Assembly: GCA_013265495.1 (NCBI GenBank)
Contig: MU058213.1
Span: 4,526,001 to 4,590,000, forward strand
Source: Vicugna vicugna
Taxonomy: Eukaryota
Length of the DNA: 64,000 nucleotides
Direction of reading: 5' to 3'
The notes beneath the pieces are model-generated. The model made no database searches, was not told the DNA's origin, and was given only the letters and a program-made list of their open reading frames with translations. Both the position numbers and the translations under genes were made by a program. Of this stretch, positions 54,170 to 64,000 are shown in pieces; within the stretch, counting starts at the first letter, position 1, and the number at the start of each line of letters is the position of its first letter.

Positions 54170-54420
54170 TCAGCTATAATTTGAATGCTTGCTAGGTGCT
54201 AGGCACTATACTAAGCATTTACATGCTTTGTTTCATTTAATCCTCAAGAAAACTCTGTGAGATTGGCATTATTATTCCCACATTACAGATGAGAAACTAG
54301 GTTTAAAAGGTTAAGTAACTTCGGCTCAGAAAGATTAAGTAGCTTGCCCTGGGGATCTCCAAGCTGGGAAGGGTAAAGCCCAGATATATGAGATGAGAAC
54401 CCTGATCTGACTAGCTTCAC
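54170..54420 (-). mobile_element. MIR
   Basis: gtgctaggcactatactaagcatttacatg...tcatttaatcctca...ttacagatgagaaact...ggttaagtaactt. Confidence 0.85.
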
Positions 54421-56028
54421 TTACTCTGTACTTCCAAAGAGCAATGCTACAGTAACTGTTATTTTATAAGGTGTTGATGAGGGTTAAAGGAAGTTGTCTC
54501 ACTTTTTCTGGACTTATTCCCGCCTGATGAAAACTACCTACTTAGAAAGAAAATAATTCTGTAATATTAAATATGAGTGCCTCCCAGATATTTGATTGGC
54601 TTGCCATAGTCCTGACTTGGAAAGAATCTAGTAGCAGGTACTTCACGTGTAGAAAGACAAATAACATTTGAGCTTTCAATATTAGGCAACTTTTTAAAAT
54701 ACAACCTGCATTTCAAGGGCTTTTTTCTCAAAACTCTTTTATTGTATTTAAGGGAAACAGTAAAGGAACCTTGGAAGATAGGCAGGGAAGAATTTGTGAT
54801 GTTCTCAGTGGTCCTTCAGGCTCCTTTTCAGTTGCCCTTCAAGTCCTTGACTATTCTCCCATTTTATGACCCACATATTAGCCAAACCAGTTGGCATTTG
54901 GAAAAGAAAATCCAAATTCACTGAGTGGAAGCCAGGGGAAAATGTTTAATCTAGTTAGTGGGTGGGCTTTGGTTGTCATGGAAACTCAGCTCTGTCATCC
55001 TGTGTTGTTACTAGGCAGGAGCAGCCAGGTCATTCCATAAATCATTTCTGTCATAGCTGACGGTGATGCATTCCATCTGCTCCATCACTGCATGCCATAG
55101 TCTGCACACTTCAAATCCCTTCCTTCAATCCATCCCCTGACTCCCTCCCTACCAGACTCCTCCCCCAAACATGTTCTTTCTCCAACTTCCATTACAAACT
55201 CATATTCACTTTAGTGCTCTCAGAATGTACTGAAAAGCAAAAACATTACATTGAGAATAGGAAGGATTAGAAGAGATGAGGAGAAGGAATTTGATGAGGA
55301 TTACATGTGAGAGTCTGACATGCATGTGAGAATTTGATGTCAAGTATTACAGATCTTTGAAAATGGTGACCATGAGTATTTGCGATTTTAATTTCTTTAG
55401 AATGTGACGTTTTAAATATAACATCTAGGCTTAGATGGAGAAATGCCATACTGTTGTCATTAGAAGTTATTTCTAGCTCCCAAAATGTCTGATATATATC
55501 TTAGAAGGTCTTTTATGTGTGAAACATCAGAGGGTACAACCTTTGTTCTTCAGTTTAAGTATTAAAGAGCACACAGAATACTGTGTGATTAAACATGTAA
55601 GGCTAGATAATACATTTGCAAAGGTTCCTTTATTTTAGATTTAAGCCTGAATAATTGTGGTCTTAATCTCAGGGTAGCTAGAAAGAGAATTGTACATGAA
55701 AGTATTTACACAAAGTTCCCAAAGCCCTATGGATTATGCATTAGTTTAGATAATAAACTAGGGTAGATAGAAGGAAAGGAAAATCTGGATATTCGTGCCA
55801 TTTCTGTGTTTCCCTGAACGTTTGCCAGACAATAACCCTTTAAGATTGTGCCCATGGAGAGTTATATAGAGGAAGAAACATCTGGTTTATTTCAGTGCCT
55901 AATACCATATCAAAACACTTGGTCTTTAATTTAGAGGAGATCAAACAAGAGGACTGTTTAACTTTGTTGATTATATCAGACTTCTTTGTGATAATTTATG
56001 TTTTGATTTCTACCTCAGAGCAAAGGAA

Positions 56029-56081
56029 AGAGAGAGAGTGTGAGTGTGTGTTGTTTGTGTATGTGTGTGTGTGTGTGTGTG
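56029..56081. repeat. Compound (GA)n/(GT)n microsatellite
   Basis: Seen directly in the sequence. Confidence 0.85.
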
Positions 56082-57599
56082 TTTTAATCTGGGTAGTTAA
56101 ATGGTCAGTAGCCCCTAACAAAAGAAAAGAAAATTCAGGGAAGTTGATGTTTAAAAGTAATTCATGAAATAAGTTTCTTTGTTCCTTAGACTCAATAACA
56201 TTAGCATAATAAAGATTAACTGAAATGTGCACTGTAGTGTTTTAAAAATTGGGCTCACAGTTCCAAGGTTGGGCTTGGGAGCTCTCCATTGTCTGAGGCC
56301 CTTTTCATTAGCCTCTGGCTTATTGGCACCCTGCTGATTGGAATGGACCATGACTGATAGGAGGAGGAGCCTCATTTGTTGCAGTAAAATGAGGCATATT
56401 ACCGGTTAAGCCTGGCAGAAGGTATTGGGAGTTATTCATCATTGGTCATTTAACAGTATGGGGACCATGGGCTGCATGCAGAATGAGTTCTTACTTTGTG
56501 TTTATGCTCTAGATTCTAAATCACTCCCATCCCCATTTTTTAAGTGACTGACTTTTTTCTTCTCTCTTTTTTTTTATCTTTTAAACATCAATGTAGGAAT
56601 TCCTTAAGGTCAGAAAGTACAAAAAGTAAAGTATTCCTGATTTAGAATGCTCTTTGTCAAATAAGCCTTCTGTTTAGAATTTCTTAAAAGTAGCACAACA
56701 ATATCTATAGAATAAGTATAGTTTGTATGTGAGTTGGTAATAGAATAAATATGCAGAGGTGAAGTTTAATGACATGGTCTGTGATCTAAAAGGCTATATA
56801 CTTTTTTAATGTTGTTGCTCCCCTTCCCACATACACATATTCTTTTTAGGGAAGTAAAAAAGGACAAGAAAAAGTCCTGTAATTTGCCAGGCTATCTGTC
56901 AGTTCAGGAAAAGTATTAATAACAATTCTGTCTGTCATCACTTTAATTTAGAGCAAAGTAGAACCAGGAAATGTGAGGAAATGTAAGTGGAGAAAATGGC
57001 TTTTATTGTAAAATGGAGAAGCTGCTTTTGAAAAAGTAGAAACTATATGTTGATACACTTTTTAGTACTGCTTCTCCTGTTTTCACAGTGACTTTAAGAA
57101 GCTTGTACCTATTTTATATATAACACCAAAGTCTTTTGCTTAGTCATTGCAAGGTAGTGATAAATGACTTTATGGTATAAACTCTTCCTTCTTTGAGATA
57201 AAGAAGTCGTCACTAGTTCTTCACATGCTACAGGACTGTTTAACTGTAATGGCAGAGTTATCGGGGAAAATAATGGTTGATAGTCTGCTTATACCCTCAG
57301 AAGTCCTAGCCGTGTGGTATAGGCAGCTTAGCACATCAGCACTAATTGTCAGAAACAGCGGAACCTTTCCATATTGTTGTCAAAGCTTATACCATAAAAC
57401 TGATCTGTAAATGAATTCATCTTTATAATAAGATCTTTTTCTCCCCTTTGTTATTTCTGTTACTGAAACCCACTACATAAGTACTAAGATAAATGCTGTC
57501 ATTTACTGAGTCCTGCTTTTTATCAGAAAGTATTGTAGCAAATTTCCAGTGCAGTTTAATCGCTCAAGGTTTGTTTGCTGCTGTTGTTTTTTGTTTGTT

Positions 57600-58930
57600 T
57601 TGTTTTTTAATATTGAGCACCTCCTTGTACAAGACAGTGACAGACAGTGATGCATTCAGTGTTGAATGGTATAAGGTCCCTACCTTCAAATAGCTTCCAG
57701 TCAAGGAGAGAAGATAAGACAGGTATACAGAAACAGAGCATAGTGTAAAGTAAAAGACCAAAGACAAGTACAGGTTATTCTAAGAATATAAGGGAAATGA
57801 AAACGAGAGCAAATGGGGAGGTTACGTTTGAGTTGGGCTTGGATGTGGTATAGAATTCCTTCAGGGAGAAGGTAAGAAACAGGCCTTTTAAAGGACAAGT
57901 TGTGTTCAGAAAATGAAGAAAATATTTTGTTTGTATATAATGTTTTATGTAGGTTATGAAGTTGAAAGATATTTTTGTGACCAGATTATATAATATATCA
58001 AATACCGTTCTTTTTTATATAGTAGGCAACATAAAGCGCTCTCCGGGATTGGACTGTTCAAAACTGGTTGAGGACAGTAGCTCAGGCAGTTATGTATGGG
58101 ATGAAAGGAACAGGGAGTAACTAAAAATATAAAGACTTAAATAGTCGAGCCACAAGTTCTAGTAAAGGTTTAAAGTAATGTCATGGCATTGAGAATGATG
58201 TGTGCCTATTCCAGAAGCATTATAGAGAATTGTGGGCATTGGTGTCTGTGGTGGGAAGGGTGGAGGAGCTGGGGAAAGGAGGGGAGAAAGAGTGGTATTG
58301 TTGACCATGAGAAAGAACGGTAGTGCTAACTGGGCTAGAGGAAACAGCAGAGTAGAAATGGGAAGGGGAGGGAGCTTGGGGCTGTGATGCAAAATTTGGG
58401 TTTGTGTATACTGAGCTTGAGGTGAAAGAAGGATAGTGCCCAGATGGAAAAGTCCAGCAACCAGTATAAGGTTAGAGATGTCAACTTAAGAATCATTCAC
58501 AGGAATGTCGTAGTTGATACTTTATAAAGAATGGTATTACCAAGAGAAAAAACACAGGTAAATAGAAAAGACAACTGAGACTAGAGCTCTCGGGAGATCT
58601 ACATTAAAGGAACTGGAAGAGTAAGAGAGAGAAGGAGCCTAGGTGAATACATCCAAGCATTTAAAAGGAATACTCAGATGGTAACTTCTTGTAAAGTTGG
58701 TATCATTCATTCTTTCAACAAGTACATATTTACCAGCACTGTTGTAGAATCTGAGGCTACTGCAGATTTTGTATAATTCAGATTCTGTCTGAATAAGACA
58801 AAGTCCTTGCTCTTCTGAGCACATTACTAGGAAAAAGGGTAAAAGAAACAGATAATAAACAAGTGAACAAATTTAGACAATTAGTGATTAATGAAAGGAG
58901 TATGAAGAAAGCAAAGCAGGAGGTATGACA
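57600..58930 (-). mobile_element. Cluster of degraded L2 fragments
   Basis: tattgagcacctcc...ataaggtccctaccttcaaatagcttccagtc; a purine-rich L2 body; tcattcattctttcaacaagtacatatttaccagcac...ataagacaaagtccttgctct. Confidence 0.65.
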
Positions 58931-60807
58931 TAGAGGGAATGTTATTTCCCCAGTACTTTCATGCAATTAATTCTTACAGACAAGGAAATGAAAGTCAGTA
59001 AGTTGGTTTATGATCATCAAGCTTTTGCAGGGAAATGAAACTTCTCTCACTCCTCATCCACCCACCATCAGTGTCATCAACCCTCCCTCCCTTACCAGTA
59101 TTATAATCAAGACATAATCTCATAAAAGTTAGCATCAGTTGTTCATAAAAGTTAAACTTTTTACATCTTAAAAATGAGAAATACTAGTTTATAAAAATAA
59201 AGGGATATGTTGAGATACGTTTTTGTTGAAGTTTAGTGACTAATTTACTTAGGGCTGAAATAAATCACTGTATGTATGCAGGCCACTAGAAACCAAAATG
59301 TGACCTTTAGCTAATTTTTACATGTGTGAAAGGTAACAGCTTTTAAAAGGTAACAACTTAGCTTTAAGATCAACATTATTGGCCTTATAGCACACTACTT
59401 CCCTATTACTGAGTCCACCCATAAAGTCTTTTGAAGTCATCTTGATAGCTGGGCTTTTCTGAAATGGCTTTCTAACTTGAATATACAACTTCTAGACCTG
59501 GCTCTTTGAAAAGAGTTGGTGTTTAAAAGGATTTCCAATTGTGATTTAGTAGCATCACACCAATGGGTGTAGTCACCAATTCATTTGTAGTCAAAGGGAA
59601 ATAGACTTTCTGACTGCTTACAATTTAATTAGTGCTGTCTTCTTTTTTAAAAAACTTGAAAGCTACTAATGTTTGATGATTATGACTTGTGGAATTTTGT
59701 TTTACATGAGCCTGTCCCACTGTCTGACTTTCTCAGCGTATGACGCTGTCTTTAAAACCAGTGCTGAGACCCCCCTTATGTGCCATAGTTTGAGCCTCTT
59801 TAAATTTATTAGAGCCCTAAGCTTATTCAGAGCAAGATCGTTTCTATTGGATGACACTTTCCACCCACAAGTAGTTTTCTTTTTTAAAATATTTGACCAC
59901 AGTTTATCCAAATAAGTTGATTTGTCGGGCCTAAGTTAAGTGCTGAGATGTGAAGATGATTTGTGATGCTTGTTAAAAGGAATGGAATTGTCCTAGAGAA
60001 GAGCACCCAGAGACCGTTGCTGGTGCGTGGATTAAGGAGACATTTGAAATGTGTGACTGTTAATTAGGTGAACTTGAATGAATGTGTTACTGCTTTTTTT
60101 AGCAATATGAAATAAAGTATTACAACAAAACTTTCAGCCAAAATACCAAAATTTATGCATCCAGATATGTTATCCTCTTAGGAGATAAAGTCTGCAAATT
60201 ATTTAGGAAACACTAAAGAACATTCATAGTTTTCTCACTTCCTTCAAAGATGACAGAATATCCTTTGAGAGTAAGTTCAACTTTTTACAACACTCACACA
60301 TCATTAGGAACTAGATTAAACTAGAACTTTTTAAAAGAAATGGGATAACTTTGAAATTTATTTTCTTTGACTTTTAAAACTTTTTTAAGGACAGTTCTCT
60401 TCAGAAGGTAAGTTAATCGTTTCCTAAGATAATTATTTTTAATGGATAAAACTTTTTTAAATGGTATATTGTAGAAAGATTATTTATCAGACCTGTTTGC
60501 TTTATAGTTCTCTTTTTTCTTATAACAATTAGAAATTTAAATTATTTTCAGCAAGAGTAATAAAGAAATACATGCGATCCATTTATTCCTGTCACATTAG
60601 AATATATATGATACTTTCTAATCCTTGTTTTAAAACATGCTTTTATAGCCTTTATGTAATGGAATAGCCCTAAAATCAATTAAACAATTTTTCACTCTGA
60701 GTCTTAGGAGTGGCTGCTTAGATTATAAAAATAACTCCTTGCAAAAGGATTTATATTTTTGCTATTGTCACACGGTGATATGTGTGTATCTTTTGTCTTC
60801 TGGTTAG

Positions 60808-60912
<105 letters not shown>

Positions 60913-62857
60913 TAATTAATATATTTGGGGCTACTTGGAAGTACTTTAAGTTTATTTTTCAATAAAATTTAGTGAAGACTCATGAAAAAAATCTATTTTA
61001 AGAAAGCATATAAACAGAGCCCTTGAGTTCATTTTGGAACATATTGAAATATTTGTTAGTTTTGAATTACTTGTTCATATTTCTCTGATTCTTAAAATAA
61101 TTGGTGATAATTTCTAAGAACAGTTATAACAGGATAAAAAAAAAAAAGACTAGGCACCTGGGATGAAGGTAAAACATAGAGAAGGAGATACATTTAAATT
61201 TCTGATAAGAGAACATAGAACATAAAGTAACCTATTTAGAAGTACATGTAACTTCGTTCTTCCTTACTCTGCATTTTCCATGTACCATGTGTAAGACTCA
61301 GAAATGAATAACTTTCTGCTAGTTTGTCTTTATTTTTAAGTCCAATAAGTTATTATTTCATGTATATTTTAAATTCCTGGGGATAATGTAGTTTTTTTGC
61401 AAAGGAAAAGAATTCTGTGAATGTGGATGAACATTATTAGTAGAGTTAAATAGGTGTTCAGATTTGCATTACTTTTTCCTGTTTTTTTCACATTAGCTTT
61501 AACTGGTTCCAGATACTATCCTACTATATAAATTTGTTGAGATACAATTATCATTATTGTCAATAGGAATTTTTAGATTTATTAGGAATAAACAAAATTA
61601 CAAGAAAATGCCTAGACCTGTTAAGCTATAATTTTAAAACTTGAACTATATTTTTCTGAGTAGTGTTTGGAGAAGAACCATGGTGAAGAAGAAATGTATT
61701 AGTTCTAAGGAAAAGACATTAGACAACTGGGTAAAAATTGCCATTTTCCTCCAACAGCTGACCTCAGAAATGTTTCTCTAGTCCTCATCAAGCCTCCAGT
61801 TAAATCCCTGTGGCGTTGCTGTTGTTGCTGTTAAGCCTTTTTGCATTATTCAGGGTTTCTGAAAATCGGGGCTCTGGTGTATCAGGGCCCTAGCTGTCAC
61901 CTGTGCTTTGTGATTTAGTCTTGTGACTCTGCTAAGAAGCATTCCAGTGGGGAGATGATGAACTGCTGGCAGCTGCTTTCAGCTCTTAGTGGGTTCTGCC
62001 TCTTTCTCAGACACCGTGGCTTCAGCTGTCTAGTAAAAGTTGAACAGCTGTTCCCCACATAGACAGGACTATGAAAGACCCATTGACTTAAAGTTGTTGT
62101 TTAACAGAGGGCTGAAATTACAGGAAGAATGATGTAACTTTAACCCTACTCGCTTTCTGGCACAGTTTTACTGACATTATCAGGGTTATTTTTGCTATTG
62201 CCTGCTTCACTTTCTCCTCTGAGGTAGCTGTGGGCCCTCCCTGCGTGTTGCCACTGCTGCTTCTCCTCTGCCCAGTACGATAGCCATGAAAGTGTCCTTT
62301 GGTTTTCAGTAACACTGGTTGAGAAGTCATACCCAAAGGAAAATACTTTCATACACTCCTGCTAAAACGGGAAACAAAAGACTGATTTTATGCAGGTGCA
62401 TCTGACTCCCATCTCCTATATCTCTTGTTTTCTCCTTATTACCACACCCCCCCCCAAGTTGGCAGAACATATATGGAAGGAGAGGAAGAAAATAGAAAAG
62501 CACTATGTGATAAAGTATTCACAGTTGAAGGAAAAATGAAAAGAAACAGTAAACCAGGGCTCCTATATAATATGTGGGAATTATTTTGTACCTTATGTGG
62601 CAGTGGTCTTTTGTCTAGAGTGAAAAATCCTGCCCACTGTGTGCTCTTTACACTGTCCTATTCCTTCCTCCTGAGCAGCAGCCAGACTCAGTGTGGGCCT
62701 TGTAAGGACAGTTACACAGGTGCAGGGCCACAGAGGGCAGCTTCTGAGGCAGTCGTCATTATTGTCATCCTGCTCGTTTTCCTTGGGAACTTTTCAGATC
62801 AAAACCATACATTTTTACCTAGAGAATGCTTCTGAGGACGCTTCTGAGGTGATGCTG

Positions 62858-63350
62858 TTATATCAGTTAGGATACTTTAGGCTTAAAGGAAGAGAAGAGT
62901 TTGTCTCGACTGGCTTAAATAATAAGGGCATTTTGGTTGTCTTGTATGAAGCCCACAGCCAGGCAGTCAGGGCTCATGCTCTACTTCTTTGCGTTTCTTT
63001 CTCAGGATGGTGGCGAGGTAGCAGTTCAGAATACCACATCTGGACATAACCATGTCTAATATAAGTAAAAAAGACAATCTTTTCCTTGTCTCTTAAAAAT
63101 CTTTTCTCAGAAGCCTCTTCAACATGTTTTTCCCTCATGACTCATTGGCCAGTGTTGGGGCTTAACACAATTGCTCACAACAGAAATGGGGCCACAATGT
63201 TGGTCTTAGTTGTTAGGATTTATCCCAGGAGCTAAGAATAAAATTACTCCTTCCTGGTTCACAGTAGGAAATGATAGACACCCCCTGCCTTCTGAACAAA
63301 ATCTGGACTCTTGTAGCAAGATAGAAGAGAAGAATGGCTTTGTCTAATAC
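62858..63350 (-). mobile_element. MaLR LTR (MLT1K/L-like) solo LTR
   Basis: tatatcagttaggatactttaggct...actggcttaaataataaggg...ctcattggccag...tgaacaaaatctggactct. Confidence 0.7.
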
Positions 63351-64000
63351 AGTTGTCACTTGAGAAAAGACACAAATATTTGAATTAAGAGAGTGTTTTT
63401 ACTAAGGGAACTTAGAAAGTAGACAACAAAACCATTTTTTGCCTTTCTTTACCTCCCTCTGAATTATCAATGAATAAAAGTTTAATAATTTGTAGTACTC
63501 AGTACTATACAATCTACACAACATCCACAATAAAAATAAAGAGGGAATGGGGGAAAAAGAGAGAGAAGAAAGGATTCCTTCAGTTGGGCTCATTTAACCA
63601 ATGAGATACTTATTTTTATCATCTTTCAGTGCCTGATGTTAAAGCAGTTACCTGAGTTCAACAGGTTTTCAGTTTAGTTGAGAAAATAAAAGAAACACAT
63701 AAAAATGGAACTGTCAGAATTCACTCTGAACTGCAGTTCTCTGGACATACTGCATGAAGAGAGTAGGATTTTAAAAGGAGAAAAAAGCTTTCTAAGTATA
63801 AAAGGAAGCACGTAAGAAAGTGCATGACCTGTTCGTCCAGAGTCATTAAGTTGACTGCTCATGAAGTCTTCACACGTGTAAACGTGAAGCACTGAAACAG
63901 AAAGGTTGGCTGGGGCTATCAGATTGTGGAAAGCAAAGCATTCAGTGCTCCATGAAGGATTATTCAGCCTTTCCCAAGCCTGGAGGATCTCATGAAAGCT

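Noticed and set aside
56369..56395. 9-bp perfect hairpin gcctcattt/aaatgaggc as a small RNA
   Set aside because: Too short for a pre-miRNA, and it resembles a degraded MIR core (gcctcagtttcctcatctgtaaaatg).
62425..62835. Longest track ORF (136 aa)
   Set aside because: Non-ATG start, no recognisable domain, intronic, and a length compatible with chance.

Overview
AT-rich mammalian genomic DNA covering the middle of the E-protein gene TCF12 (HEB) on the + strand. A tRNA-Ala-derived Vic-1-like SINE suggests a camelid. Seven internal exons with GT-AG boundaries (human numbering 7-13: 17871-18006, 21871-21923, 50480-50585, 51619-51758, 52055-52199, 52892-52956, 60808-60886; 724 nt) splice into one open frame. 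The known alternative first exon of HEBAlt (MYCAYPVPGMGSNSLMYYYNGKT, 39839-39907) lies in the 28.6-kb intron 8. The rest is intron. It carries an antisense class I ERV remnant (LTR, Ile-type PBS, gag, protease, RT deleted, RNase H), a 2.9-kb old L1, short L1 3' ends, L2, L3/CR1, MIR, MER58, MER3, MLT1 and microsatellites. Best lead: intron 8 may hold further alternative first exons in frame with exon 9, notably a 33-codon acidic/hydrophobic N-terminus at 22833-22931 ending in a GC-type donor. There are also RBPJ/ETS/RUNX and E-box motif clusters. These leads are inferences that need transcript and conservation data. Gene and repeat names come from recalled consensus sequences, not searches, and repeat boundaries are approximate.
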